DNA of 64,000 nucleotides, taken from an uncultured Victivallales bacterium (GTDB taxonomy: Bacteria; Verrucomicrobiota; Kiritimatiellia; UBA8416). The number at the start of each line of letters is the position of its first letter. The stretch's first letter is position 1. A program made the position numbers and the translations under genes. The stretch covers positions 229-64,228 of the forward strand of contig CAYYJS010000013.1 of the NCBI GenBank assembly GCA_964472315.1, read 5' to 3'. Positions 34,743-45,204 of this stretch are shown here, piece after piece. A model generated the notes under the pieces. It did not search any database and was not told where the DNA came from. It saw only the letters and a list, made by a program, of their open reading frames with translations.

Positions 34743-37022
34743 ATGAGCAGGATCACGCGGGCCACGACGTTTTCGCAATCGCACGCGCTCACCCGCGGCC
34801 ATGCCGCATGGGATGACCCGCGGCATCCCGGTCCCGCCGCATGCGGTTGCGCCCGTGCGCTCCTGATGTGCCTCGCGCTGGCGGCGCCCGCGCGCGTCGG
34901 AGCACAGGCCGGCGGTGACGCAGCCGCGGGTGGCCTGTTCGACATGCCGCTCGAGGACCTCATGCGGATCAACGTACTGTCGGCGGCCAGTTTCTTCGAA
35001 GTCGACACGGAGAAGAACCCCGGCTACTCGCAGACGTTCACGGCCGAAGAACTCGCGGTCGCGCCGATCCGGACACTGGGGGACCTGATCGAGCTCAAGT
35101 GCCCGACCTTCGCCACGGGCGGCAGTCCGCGCGAGGGTCTGCAGATCGGCGGTCGCGGCATCACCAGCGAGAACTCGTGGCGCACGCTGCTGCTGATCGA
35201 TGGACACAATGTCAACCATCGCGTCCACTTCGGGATGCTCGAGAGCCTCTCGACACCCATCCTGGGCGATATCCGCAAACTGGAGGTCATCACGGGCCCC
35301 AGCGCCATCGTGCACGGCAGCGGCGCGTTCGACGGCTTCATCAACATCACCCCGCGCAACGGCACCGACGACGCCGGACTTTGGGCGGACGTCGAGTACG
35401 GGTTCGAGGATGATTTGCGGAAACTGGAGACCGGCTACGGCTTCGACTATGGCCCCGGCCGCGACGTCTACATTCACCTCGCCTGGTTCACCGCCGACGG
35501 CTTCGAGCCGGATGACGAGTGGGGCTACGAGATGTCCGCGGCGAATCAGGCGTGGGCCACGGAACTCGGCAATTTCGATACCAAGGGGATGATCCGCACC
35601 GCGCGCCCGTTCCGCTTCGTCGGCGACAACTACCGGCTGGCCACCTACTGGAACCATGGCAATCTGAAGACCCATCTTATTTTCGGCGAATCCAACCAGG
35701 ACATGTTCTCGTTCAACGAGCAAGGATACCTGCACAGCCAATACCTCCTGATGCAGACCAAGTACCTGCAGGAACTGGGCGAAACGGATTCCCTGGAGTA
35801 CATCCTCGCCGGCGAGATGTTCGACGAGTACTACGAATGGTCGGCCAACACGCTGCCCGCGTTTGCCCTCGGCGACAAGAGCGGCGGCGACGAGTTCGGC
35901 ATCGAGGGCAAACTGATCTACCGGACCGAGCGCCTGGAGCGTAACCGCATCGCTTTCGGCAGCGCCGTGGCCCGCCGCGAGATGAACAGCCTGGAGCAGT
36001 TTTTCCGCAAAGACGACTTGATCGGTCCCGGCAACGACGCCACGGGCGAATACACGTCGATGGGGCTGTTCATCGAAGACTGGATCACGCTGACCGCGCG
36101 ACTGACGGCCTACGCCGGCCTGCGATACGACCGGATCTACCAGGGCACGTACCGGACGCATAACTCGGTGGCGGGGGTCACCCCGCCGTCGTTCACGCCG
36201 GAGGACCTTCACGAATGGTCGCCGCGCATCGGCCTCGTCTACGAACTGACGCCGAACGACACCGTCAAGGCATCCTACCAGCGGGGCTTCCGCTTCCCCG
36301 AACCGGCCATGTACGCCTGGCATGACCTGTTTGGAACCGTGCTGGCCGAGGGCGGATTCGACCGACTGCCGGACTTCACGCCCGAGACGCTGGACAGCGT
36401 CGAACTGAACTACATCCGCAAGTTCCCGGAACAGCGTTTGAACCTGTACCTTAACCTGTTTCATAACACCTACCGGGATCGCCTGACGTGGATCTGGTTC
36501 CAGCGCGAGGACGGCTATGTGGACCCCGAGGGGTGGGACTACGTGGTCGACACCGTGGGTTGGGTCGGCAGCTATGCCAACATCGACGGCAAGGAGTACA
36601 TCTACGGCGGCGAGGCCGTCATCGCGTACGCGTTGACCGACGACCTCCATGTCAACGCCGGATACGGACTGATCGAGATCGACAACCGCGATGTCGTCCG
36701 TTACCCGAACCAGCAACTCAAACTGAACGTCAGGGCCGAGTTCCTGTCGGACCGACTGGTGTGCGACGTGTACTACGTGGCCACACCGGGCGGGATCGAC
36801 AATGAAACGGGGGTGCAGCATCCGATCTACGACGAGTCGCGTTCGCTGGTCGACGCCGCGATCGGTTACCGCGTCAACCCGAACTTCCGGCTCAAGCTCA
36901 TCGGCAAGAATCTGCTGGAGGACGACGTCCCGCCGCCGACGTTCAATATGGACAGCCCGCAATCGGGCCATATCGGGCGCGACGCCCGACGTGTCTACCT
37001 GGTCGCCGCCACTCATTTCTGA
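34743..37022 (+). CDS. TonB-dependent receptor-like outer-membrane beta-barrel protein
   Basis: Signal peptide (…ALAAPARVGAQA), plug-like region (TFTAEELAVAPIRTLGDLIELKCP…LLIDGHNVN) and a C-terminal aromatic residue (…VAATHF). Confidence 0.65.
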   Translation: MSRITRATTFSQSHALTRGHAAWDDPRHPGPAACGCARALLMCLALAAPARVGAQAGGDAAAGGLFDMPLEDLMRINVLSAASFFEVDTEKNPGYSQTFTAEELAVAPIRTLGDLIELKCPTFATGGSPREGLQIGGRGITSENSWRTLLLIDGHNVNHRVHFGMLESLSTPILGDIRKLEVITGPSAIVHGSGAFDGFINITPRNGTDDAGLWADVEYGFEDDLRKLETGYGFDYGPGRDVYIHLAWFTADGFEPDDEWGYEMSAANQAWATELGNFDTKGMIRTARPFRFVGDNYRLATYWNHGNLKTHLIFGESNQDMFSFNEQGYLHSQYLLMQTKYLQELGETDSLEYILAGEMFDEYYEWSANTLPAFALGDKSGGDEFGIEGKLIYRTERLERNRIAFGSAVARREMNSLEQFFRKDDLIGPGNDATGEYTSMGLFIEDWITLTARLTAYAGLRYDRIYQGTYRTHNSVAGVTPPSFTPEDLHEWSPRIGLVYELTPNDTVKASYQRGFRFPEPAMYAWHDLFGTVLAEGGFDRLPDFTPETLDSVELNYIRKFPEQRLNLYLNLFHNTYRDRLTWIWFQREDGYVDPEGWDYVVDTVGWVGSYANIDGKEYIYGGEAVIAYALTDDLHVNAGYGLIEIDNRDVVRYPNQQLKLNVRAEFLSDRLVCDVYYVATPGGIDNETGVQHPIYDESRSLVDAAIGYRVNPNFRLKLIGKNLLEDDVPPPTFNMDSPQSGHIGRDARRVYLVAATHF

Positions 37023-37247
37023 GTGCCGCGATCGGATGGGCCACCCTCCGGCACACGAGAATCGATGGAACTCCTGTTGATCCAACCGGATCGGGCAGTT
37101 TCTCAACCGCGTGGGGCAGACCGCGGAGCGCGGAGCCTGGGCCAGTCGCCACGGATGGAGCCCCTGTGGAAGACGATGGCATTTCTCTCCAGCGCCTGAC
37201 GAAGCGTATCGGCCGTCCACCGCATCCAATCAAACCGTCTTATGCCA

Positions 37248-38405
37248 TTAGAGACCTTCGACGAACCGCTTGATGCGCGCGCAGCCTTCCTCGATGTTCT
37301 GCCGGCTGCAGGCGTAGGAGAGTCGCACGGTCTGGTCGGCGCCAAACGCCGCGCCGGGCACGACGGCCACCTTCTCCTTCGCGAGCAGCCGTTCGGCGAA
37401 CGTCACCGAGTCGAGTCCGAAGGCCGAGATGTTCGGTAGCACGTAGAACGCGCCCCGTGGCCGTACGCACGTGATCCCATCGATCTCCCGCAACAGCCCG
37501 TAAATCAGGTCGCGCCGTTCCGCAAAGGCCGCCACCATCTTCGCGACCTCGGGGCCGGCCGACTGCAGGGCCGCGAGCGCGCCAAACTGGGCGAAAGTGT
37601 TCGGCCCGGACGTGCTGTGGCTCTGCAACGTGCTCGCGGCGTCGAGAATCGGCTGCGGCGCGGCGAAGTAACCCAGCCGCCAACCGGTCATCGAGAAGGC
37701 CTTGCTGAAGCCGTTGACGGTGATCGTGCGGGCAAGGATGTCGCGGTTGAAACTACCGATACTGACATGCTTCACGTCGTCGTAGATCATCTTTTCGTAG
37801 ATCTCGTCCGCCACCACCAGCACGTCCTTCTCGACGGCGACCGCGGCGAGCGCGCGAAGCTCGTCGCCCGTGTACACGTTGCCGATGGGGTTCGACGGCG
37901 AGTTGATGACGATCGCGCGGGTGCGCGGCGTGATGGCCGCGGTCAACGCTTCCGGCGTGATCTTGTAGTCGTTGGCTTCATCGGTCGGCACGCAAACGGG
38001 TACACCGCCGGCGATATTCACCATTTCCGGGTAACTCAGCCAGTATGGCGCGGGGATGATGACCTCGTCGCCGGTATCGCAGATCGCCATGAAGATGTTG
38101 AACAGCGACTGCTTGGCGCCGTTGCCCACCGAGATCTGCTCGGGCGCGTAGTCGAGGCCGTTCTCGGTCTTCAGTTTGGCCGCGATGGCCTTGCGAAGCG
38201 CCGGCAGGCCGTCGACGGGGGTATACTTGGTCTCGCCGCGCGCGAGGGCGGCGATCGCCGCCTGCTTGATGACCTCGGGGGTGTCGAAATCCGGCTCGCC
38301 GGCGGCAAAACTGCAGACCTTCTCGCCCTTCGCGGCCAGGGCTTTGGCCATGCTGGCGACGGACAGGGTGACCGATGGGGGAATCGCGGCGATACGGGGG
38401 TTCAT
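37248..38405 (-). CDS. Pyridoxal-phosphate-dependent aminotransferase class I (aspartate aminotransferase-like)
   Basis: 385 aa with SPSNPIGNVY and the AspC-like fold. Confidence 0.8.
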   Translation of the reverse strand: MNPRIAAIPPSVTLSVASMAKALAAKGEKVCSFAAGEPDFDTPEVIKQAAIAALARGETKYTPVDGLPALRKAIAAKLKTENGLDYAPEQISVGNGAKQSLFNIFMAICDTGDEVIIPAPYWLSYPEMVNIAGGVPVCVPTDEANDYKITPEALTAAITPRTRAIVINSPSNPIGNVYTGDELRALAAVAVEKDVLVVADEIYEKMIYDDVKHVSIGSFNRDILARTITVNGFSKAFSMTGWRLGYFAAPQPILDAASTLQSHSTSGPNTFAQFGALAALQSAGPEVAKMVAAFAERRDLIYGLLREIDGITCVRPRGAFYVLPNISAFGLDSVTFAERLLAKEKVAVVPGAAFGADQTVRLSYACSRQNIEEGCARIKRFVEGL

Positions 38406-38501
38406 GGCGGCGCCTCTCTTGCGGTTCCGGCGGGGACCCGTTGGTTCACGTTATGTCATACCATGCCATACCGGCGTCCAACCGAAGGGCCGGCGGCAGG
38501 A

Positions 38502-39662
38502 CTATCCGCAATACTGTTCGATCCATGGCTTCAGCGTATCTTCCTCGACACGCACAATGCCCATTTCGCGCTGGGCGTTGTCCGGCGAATCCGACGCATG
38601 CGCGGCATTGACCATGATGCTGCTGCCGAATTCCCGGCGTACCGAGCCCGGGCGCGCCTTGCTCGGGTCGGTGGCCCCGAGAATGTCGCGAATCTTGGCG
38701 ACGGCGTCCACTCCTTTGTACACGAGCGCCAGACATTCCTCGTGGCCGGCGGTCGCGGCATCCCGCGGCAACACGTCGGACGGACGGTGCCCCGTCATGA
38801 ACTGCACGATGCTCTCGAACTGACCTTCGGCGAACCGCGCGCCCAGTTGTTCGCACAGCCCGCGCGTGTCATCGGGCTGCACCGGGAAGCCGAATTCGCG
38901 CGTCAGCGCGTCGGCGGCGCGTCTGGCGCCGATATCGGCGAACTTCTTCGCGAGCACCTCGCGCACGGGGCCATAGAATTCCAGCGCCTGATCGACGGTC
39001 ATCCGGAACTTCTTGGCGCCGACGATGCGCAACCCGGCCGCGGAGAGCACGTCGATGATGCTGCCCGGCCGCAGACTCGGGAAACGGAAATTGTCGGGCT
39101 TGAGCATGACCAGCGTGCTCTGCACGTCGCCACCGGGATACGGCGAGGACGATTCGACAATCCCGCCATGCCGGTCGGTGTATTCGGCCCAGAGGCGCAG
39201 GGTGCGGTGGGTCCGCGCACGCGTCGGCCCGACCAGAACCGCCGGCTCGAAGTAACGCACGTTGCCGGCTTCGTCCTCGATGTACTCGCCGTAGGTTTCA
39301 CGGACGGTTTCGCCGCTGTCGCGTCGCAGCGTGGCGCCGCCGGTCACCTGCCAGATCTTCGCGACCGCATCCTCGCCCTCGAAGAGCAACATCATGACCC
39401 GATGCGGCTGCCCGGTGAGCGGATTCGGCCCGTATTCCGCCGCGATGTAATCGCCGATCAACCGGTTGAGGCGCACATCCCCGTCGGGCGCGGTGCGCAC
39501 CTGGTCGGCGTAACGGTCGGCGAGTTCCCGCGGCGGATTGAACATCCGGACGGCGACAAGGTTCAGGTCCGTGCGGGCCACGTAACGGCCAATGACGCCG
39601 CCGGTGCGCGACTTGGCCAGGGTGTGCGGGTTGATCAGAACGAATGCGAGTTCGCGGGCCAT
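38502..39662 (-). CDS. Tandem nucleoside-diphosphate-kinase-like domain protein
   Basis: Two NDK-like repeats: ELAFVLINPHTL…GVIGRYVARTDLNLVAVRMF and STLVMLKPDNFR…GSIIDVLSAAGLRIVGAKKF. 386 aa. Confidence 0.55.
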   Translation of the reverse strand: MARELAFVLINPHTLAKSRTGGVIGRYVARTDLNLVAVRMFNPPRELADRYADQVRTAPDGDVRLNRLIGDYIAAEYGPNPLTGQPHRVMMLLFEGEDAVAKIWQVTGGATLRRDSGETVRETYGEYIEDEAGNVRYFEPAVLVGPTRARTHRTLRLWAEYTDRHGGIVESSSPYPGGDVQSTLVMLKPDNFRFPSLRPGSIIDVLSAAGLRIVGAKKFRMTVDQALEFYGPVREVLAKKFADIGARRAADALTREFGFPVQPDDTRGLCEQLGARFAEGQFESIVQFMTGHRPSDVLPRDAATAGHEECLALVYKGVDAVAKIRDILGATDPSKARPGSVRREFGSSIMVNAAHASDSPDNAQREMGIVRVEEDTLKPWIEQYCG

Positions 39663-39698
39663 GTCAGCTTCTCCTTGGAGTTCGGTGCCGGCGTAGTG

Positions 39699-42062
39699 TC
39701 AGTAGTCGTACCCGATCCAGATGACCCAGGGGTCCTTGTCGGTATAGTCGTCATCGGCTTCGATCGCCCAGGCCCGGTCGATGCGGATGGGAAAGCCGGG
39801 CATGTCGAGGCGAATCCCGATGCCGTAGGAGCTGGCCATATCGGTCAGATCCATGTCGTATGGTTCGAGCCAGGCATTGCCGATATCGTAGAACGTCGCG
39901 AGGCGAATCCCGGTGACGATCGGAATGGTGTACTCCGCCGAGCCCACCGCCAGCGACTGGCCACCGCGCGGCCGGTGCCGGTAGACGTCGGTTTCGCCGA
40001 TGGGACGGATCACCTTCGGTCCCACGTCGCGGTAGTCCCACCCGCGCAGCGTCCGGCCGCCGCCGAGAAACAGCCGATCGGTCAGCGGCACGATGTCCGT
40101 ATCGCCGAACGCCTCGATCACCTGGAACTGGGTGCGCAGACTGATCACGTGGCCGAACCACAACGGCAGGTAATGGGCCGTCCGCAGGCCAACCTCGTAC
40201 ATATCGGTGTCGCAGCCCATCGGGCCGCCGGTCACCGTATAGTTGCCCGCGAGACGGTTGCCGCGCGTGGGCACGAACGGGTTGTCGCGCGTGTCGTGCG
40301 CCAGCGTCAACGTCAGCGAACTGGTGATGCGGTCCTCCTCGCTCTGAAAGAAGTACGGCGTGCCCGTGCGGGTCTCGAAGTCGAACGAATCCAACTCGTA
40401 GTACACGTTGGTGTCGGCGATGTCGTTGATGAGCGACTGTTCGATCTGGTACCGCAGACTGATCCGGTTGGCGCCCGGCAGGGCCTTGCCCAACGTGACG
40501 GCCACGCCGGTACGCTCCTCGTCATAATCGTGGTAGTCGCGTTCGCGGTGGTAGATATCGAAGCCCAGCGACAGGCGGCGGTCCATGAACCAGGGCTCGG
40601 TGAACGAGATCTCATAGTCCTGGCGGGTCGAACCGAACTGCGCGCGCAGGCGGAGCTTCTGACCGCCGCCGGTAAATGACGGCCAGCCCATGAGGTCGAA
40701 ATTGCCCTGGGACAGCTCGACGAAACCGATCATCTTGTCGATGCTCGAAAAACCCGCGCCCACCATGAACTGCCCGGTCCGCTTCTCCTCGACCTCGAAC
40801 ACGAGATCGCGTTCGCTCATATCGTCGGTCGGCACGGGAATGGCACGCACCGTCTCGAAGAAGCCCAGGTTCTGGAGGCGGCGCTGGCTGCGTTCGACAC
40901 GGCTCTGGTTGTAGGTTTCGCCCGGGTAGATGAGCAACTCGCGCCGGACAACCTTGTCGCGCGTCCGCGTGTTGCCGCGGACGAGAATATGGCGCAAACT
41001 CACCAACTGGCCTTCCTCGATGGCGTATGTGATGTCGACGATTCGCGTCGACGGGTCCGGCGTCAGCACAGGCCGGGCATCGCTGTCGAGATAGCCGCGG
41101 TCCCCGTAGTAGCCGGAAAGCGCGGCGGCCGTCGCGGCAATGTCGCGGTGCGCCGCGACGGCGCCGGGCTTGAGCCGCACGAGGGTGCGCACATCCGGTT
41201 CGGGGAACAGCGTGATACCGGTGACATCGACGGCGCCGATCCTGTATTGAGGCCCCTCGACGACTTGGACGACGGCGACCTGCCGCCCGGACGGGGTGGC
41301 CTCGGTCCGTGCCGTGGCGGTAGCTTCCAGATAGCCGAGGTCCATGTAGACGGCCTTGACCTCGGCCTCGACGCCGGAAAGTTCACTCTGCGCGTATCGT
41401 TTCGGCCACACCCAGCGGAAGACGTTCCACGGTGCCGGCCGGTGCAGGGCGGTGCGTAGCGTGCCGCTCGACACGGCGTCGTTGCCCTCGACCCTGATCT
41501 TCCGGATGTACCGCTTCGGTCCTTCGTCGATCGTCAGCGTAACCGTCACCAGGCCCTCGACCTCGTCAACGGTATCGAACGTCCACGCGCACGCCGCATC
41601 GGCATAGCGATCATCGCGGTACTCGTCGATCAGCGCCCGCGTCCGCATCCCCATGACCTGGTCATCCACCAGGTCGCCGGACCGGAGGTTCAGCAACTTG
41701 CGGATCTTGCGCCGGCTCAAGTGATCGTTGCCGCGGATGTCGGGATCGGCGGCGAGCCGGTGTTTCGGGCGGACGGCGAACACGAGGCGGACGCCGTCGG
41801 CCTGCTGTTCCAGCGCCGCGTCGACCGAGGTGAAACGGCCGGTGCGCAGCAGGGCCTTGACGTCGTTGGACACGCGAGCCGTGTTCAGTTCCTCCCCGAC
41901 GCGCGACGCGACGTGATTGAGAACGAAGGTCTGGTCAATGCGTGCCGGCCCCAGAGTCTCGACGGCCATCTCGCGCACGACCGGCGCGGCCACGACCGTG
42001 CCACACAGTACACCGGCAACCAGTGCCGCCATCAGGAACGCTGTCATCTGCTTTCGCCGCAC
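39699..42062 (-). CDS. bamA: Outer membrane protein assembly factor BamA
   Basis: Signal peptide, POTRA repeats, Omp85 barrel. 787 aa. Confidence 0.8.
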   Translation of the reverse strand: MRRKQMTAFLMAALVAGVLCGTVVAAPVVREMAVETLGPARIDQTFVLNHVASRVGEELNTARVSNDVKALLRTGRFTSVDAALEQQADGVRLVFAVRPKHRLAADPDIRGNDHLSRRKIRKLLNLRSGDLVDDQVMGMRTRALIDEYRDDRYADAACAWTFDTVDEVEGLVTVTLTIDEGPKRYIRKIRVEGNDAVSSGTLRTALHRPAPWNVFRWVWPKRYAQSELSGVEAEVKAVYMDLGYLEATATARTEATPSGRQVAVVQVVEGPQYRIGAVDVTGITLFPEPDVRTLVRLKPGAVAAHRDIAATAAALSGYYGDRGYLDSDARPVLTPDPSTRIVDITYAIEEGQLVSLRHILVRGNTRTRDKVVRRELLIYPGETYNQSRVERSQRRLQNLGFFETVRAIPVPTDDMSERDLVFEVEEKRTGQFMVGAGFSSIDKMIGFVELSQGNFDLMGWPSFTGGGQKLRLRAQFGSTRQDYEISFTEPWFMDRRLSLGFDIYHRERDYHDYDEERTGVAVTLGKALPGANRISLRYQIEQSLINDIADTNVYYELDSFDFETRTGTPYFFQSEEDRITSSLTLTLAHDTRDNPFVPTRGNRLAGNYTVTGGPMGCDTDMYEVGLRTAHYLPLWFGHVISLRTQFQVIEAFGDTDIVPLTDRLFLGGGRTLRGWDYRDVGPKVIRPIGETDVYRHRPRGGQSLAVGSAEYTIPIVTGIRLATFYDIGNAWLEPYDMDLTDMASSYGIGIRLDMPGFPIRIDRAWAIEADDDYTDKDPWVIWIGYDY

Positions 42063-42064
42063 GG

Positions 42065-43504
42065 CTACTCCTCCACTTCCGCCCCCGGTTCCGTCGCGAA
42101 TCCGTCGACGCCGCGCGCGCGGTCGGTGAACCGGGTATAGGTATCCTCGAAATTCAACTGCACTTCACCGGTAGGTCCATTGCGGTGTTTGACGACGTCG
42201 ACGACCGCCAGCGTCTCGTCGTCGCAGCCTTCACTGCCCGGGTAGCGGCAGGGACGACGCAGCATGAGAACCACGTCGGCATCCTGTTCGATAGCCCCGG
42301 AATCGCGTAGATCGGAGAGCTTCGGTTTGCCCTCGGCGCCGCCCGTGCGCTGATCCGGCGCACGACTGAGCTGACTGAGCACGATCACCGGCAGCTTGAG
42401 TTCCTTGGCCATCGCCTTGATGTTGGCGGAGATGGCCGACGTTTCAAGCTGACGCCCCTGGCGCGCGTATTCCCGACAGTTGAGTAACTGCAGATAATCG
42501 ATCACGATCAGCGAAATCTCGTACTTCTTCTTCATGCGCCGGGCGCGGGCGCGCAGCTCGAGCACATCCAGGCCGCCGGTGTCGTCGATGTAGATGCGTG
42601 CGCGGCTGAGATCGTCCGCGGCGGTCATCAGCCGCCGATGGACATCCGTGGAGACATAGCCGCCCGACAGCCGGAAGCCCGATACTTGCGCCCGGCAGCA
42701 AAGCATGCGCATGACCAGCGATTCATAGGACATCTCCAAGCTGAAGATGCCGACGGCATGGGGCTTGTGATCGGAATCGCCTTTGCCGAGGGCGACATGT
42801 TCGGCGATGTTCATGGCCAGCGATGTCTTGCCCATCGACGGGCGGGCGGCCAGGACGACCATTTCGCTGGGACGCAGTCCGTTCAGCTTCTCGTCCAAGT
42901 TCCGGAACCCCGACGAAATGGCGTCGCCGATGCCGTGTTTCGACTGGAACACCTTCTCGATGTGTTCCATCACTTCCTTGACCGCATCGGCCCAGATCGT
43001 CACCGCCCCGTGCTGGTGTTCGGTGATATCGAGGAAGCGTTGCTCGACGTCGCTGAGCAGTTTGTCGGCGCTCTGCTGCTCGTCATAACAGGCGGATTCG
43101 GTATCGCGCGCCGTGTTGATGATGCAACGCAGAAGATGCTTCTGGCGGACGATATCGATGTAGTAGCCGGCATGCGCCGGCGTCGGCGTGGCGTCGACAA
43201 GCTGTTCGAGATACGTCAGCCCGCCGACGCCATCGAGACGGCCCGCGGCGGCCAGATGATCGCCAAGGGTCAGCACATCGATGGCGCGGCCGGCCTGTTG
43301 CAGCGCCAGCATGCCTTCGTAGATGACGACATGGGCGGGCTGGTAAAACGCGTCGGGTGCGATCTGGCTTTCGATGGCCAGATCGAGCACCCGTTGCGCA
43401 TCCAGCAGGATAGACCCCAGCACCCCTTTTTCGGCCGCATCCGAAGCGGGCGGAACACGGTCCATCGCCCTCGCGTGCGGCGGAGTGCCGGCGTCTTTGA
43501 CCAT
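42065..43504 (-). CDS. dnaB: Replicative DNA helicase DnaB
   Basis: Walker A (ARPSMGKTSLAMN), Walker B (LIVIDYLQLL) and a DnaB N-terminal domain. Confidence 0.9.
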   Translation of the reverse strand: MVKDAGTPPHARAMDRVPPASDAAEKGVLGSILLDAQRVLDLAIESQIAPDAFYQPAHVVIYEGMLALQQAGRAIDVLTLGDHLAAAGRLDGVGGLTYLEQLVDATPTPAHAGYYIDIVRQKHLLRCIINTARDTESACYDEQQSADKLLSDVEQRFLDITEHQHGAVTIWADAVKEVMEHIEKVFQSKHGIGDAISSGFRNLDEKLNGLRPSEMVVLAARPSMGKTSLAMNIAEHVALGKGDSDHKPHAVGIFSLEMSYESLVMRMLCCRAQVSGFRLSGGYVSTDVHRRLMTAADDLSRARIYIDDTGGLDVLELRARARRMKKKYEISLIVIDYLQLLNCREYARQGRQLETSAISANIKAMAKELKLPVIVLSQLSRAPDQRTGGAEGKPKLSDLRDSGAIEQDADVVLMLRRPCRYPGSEGCDDETLAVVDVVKHRNGPTGEVQLNFEDTYTRFTDRARGVDGFATEPGAEVEE

Positions 43505-43511
43505 TATGGGG

Positions 43512-43961
43512 TCACTCCTCGACGATCCAGACCTTCACGCTCGCCTGGACGTCGGCATGGAGCCTGACCGGCACATCGAACACGCCCAGCTCCTTGAACG
43601 GCGTCTCGAGCACGAGCGCTTGGCGGTCGATCTCCACGCCCTGCTGCTTGAGGGCCGTTTCGATGTCGCCGACACCGACCGAACCGTAGAGTTTGCCGTC
43701 CTCGACCGTCTTGACGGCGATCGTACAGGACACGCCTTCGAGTCGCGCGGCGCGCTTCTTCGCATCGGCCAGCACGGCGGCCCGTGCGGCTTCACGCTCT
43801 ACTTTGGCCTTCGCGAACCGACGGCGCGTCGCTTCCGTCACCGGCGCGGCGAGTTTCTTCGGCAGCAGGTAGTTACGGGCGAACCCGTCCGCGACGGTCA
43901 CCACATCGCCCTCGGATCCGAGATCCGGCACATCAACCATCAGGAAGACTTCGGTTGCCAT
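43512..43961 (-). CDS. rplI: 50S ribosomal protein L9
   Basis: MATEVFLMVDVPDLGSEGDVVTVADGFARNYLLPKKLA. Confidence 0.9.
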   Translation of the reverse strand: MATEVFLMVDVPDLGSEGDVVTVADGFARNYLLPKKLAAPVTEATRRRFAKAKVEREAARAAVLADAKKRAARLEGVSCTIAVKTVEDGKLYGSVGVGDIETALKQQGVEIDRQALVLETPFKELGVFDVPVRLHADVQASVKVWIVEE

Positions 43962-43983
43962 GGTGGATATCCTTTCCGGACGG

Positions 43984-44229
43984 TTAGGCCAGCAGACCCA
44001 TGTTGCGGGCCCGACGAACGGCGCGCTTGATCTGCCGCTGTTGTTTGGGTGTCGCTCCCGTCAGACGGGCGGGAATGATCTTGCCGTATTCGGTGACGAA
44101 CTTGCGCAGCAGTTCGTAATCGCGGGAGTCGATATCGTTGACGCCATCGAGATGGCGCGAGCGTTTGCGGCGGGTCACGGTGCGGTCCCGACGCGGCGTG
44201 CGTGCGTAGCTTTTTCTTGCGGGTGCCAT
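43984..44229 (-). CDS. rpsR: 30S ribosomal protein S18
   Basis: …[22 protein letters not shown]…. Confidence 0.9.
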   Translation of the reverse strand: MAPARKSYARTPRRDRTVTRRKRSRHLDGVNDIDSRDYELLRKFVTEYGKIIPARLTGATPKQQRQIKRAVRRARNMGLLA

Positions 44230-44266
44230 AGTTGTCCTCTTGTCTTATCGCTGTGTCAGCCATTGC

Positions 44267-44782
44267 CTAAAACGGCAGGTTATCGTCATCGGCTTCGAGT
44301 TCGTTCGGCGCGGCGGCGGGCGGCGGGGTCTGAGTCTGAGCCTGGGTCTGAGTCTGGGACTGGGGCGGCGGAGTCGGCGCCGATCCGCGCGCGGCGGACG
44401 GGGGCTGCGGACGCGCCGCGGCCGGCCCCGAGGGACCGTCCTGAAGCGCGCCGCGCGGACTGCCCAGAAACTGGGTCCGTTCCGCCACGACACTCAACCG
44501 GTTGGACTTCTGCCCGTCCTTCTCCCATTCCTCGTACTTCAGGCGCCCCTCCACCAGAAGGGGCGAACCCTTGCGCAGGTATTCACCGCAGGTTTCGGCC
44601 GAACGTCCCCACACCGTGACGGTCACGAAGCAGGTTTCTTCATGGTCCTGGCCATCCTGCGTGCGATACTTGCGACTCACCGCGAGCCGCAGGTCTCCGA
44701 CGGCGGAGCCCGACGGCGTGTACCGGATTTCCGGATCGCGCGTCAGGTTGCCGATCAGCAGAACCTTATTGAGACTCGCCAT
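44267..44782 (-). CDS. ssb: Single-stranded DNA-binding protein
   Basis: MASLNKVLLIGNLTRDPEIRYTPSG, OB fold, Gly/Pro/Gln-rich linker and an acidic C-terminal tail (…DDDNLPF). It overlaps rpsF by about 17 nt. Confidence 0.85.
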   Translation of the reverse strand: MASLNKVLLIGNLTRDPEIRYTPSGSAVGDLRLAVSRKYRTQDGQDHEETCFVTVTVWGRSAETCGEYLRKGSPLLVEGRLKYEEWEKDGQKSNRLSVVAERTQFLGSPRGALQDGPSGPAAARPQPPSAARGSAPTPPPQSQTQTQAQTQTPPPAAAPNELEADDDNLPF

Positions 44783-45110
44783 CGTTCCGTCCTTCCATCG
44801 GCCGCACGGCCACGTTGATGGCATCCCTGTCACCCATCGTGATCAGCACGCGAAACACCTCTTCGGTGATCCGGTAGCGCGCGCGCAGGGCGGCAATCCG
44901 CTCCGGCGCGAGATCGAATACGATGCGGAAATACTGTCCCGTCTCCCGCTTCCGCATCGGCCGCGCAAACGTCTTGCGGCCCATCGGCACGGTCGCCACG
45001 ATTTCGCCACCCAGACGCGTGATTTCTCCCCGCACGCGGTCCAGGATGCCTTCGAGGGCCTCGTCTCTCAACGAGTCCTCGAAGATGAACAACCCTTCAT
45101 ATGTTCTCAA
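44766..45110 (-). CDS. rpsF: 30S ribosomal protein S6
   Basis: MRTYEGLFIFEDSLRDEA…. Confidence 0.9.
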   Translation of the reverse strand: MRTYEGLFIFEDSLRDEALEGILDRVRGEITRLGGEIVATVPMGRKTFARPMRKRETGQYFRIVFDLAPERIAALRARYRITEEVFRVLITMGDRDAINVAVRPMEGRNDGESQ

Positions 45111-45204
45111 TGTTCTTCTCCCTCACGGAATGAACGCATTCATGTCTTGTTCCGCGCCCGCCAACGGATACCGGTATACCCGTCGGCCTGCACGTTGCCG
45201 CCCG

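Noticed and set aside
34206-37229. Very long minus-strand ORF (1007 aa) antisense to the TonB-dependent receptor gene
   Set aside because: The amino-acid composition is Arg/Ala/Gly-rich and typical of antisense frames in high-GC DNA. The + strand ORF has a signal peptide, a plug motif and a terminal Phe, so the minus-strand ORF is spurious.
37617-40679. 1020-aa + strand ORF spanning the aminotransferase, NDK-like and bamA loci
   Set aside because: It runs antisense to three well-supported genes and has no motifs and a biased composition. It is a high-GC open-frame artefact.
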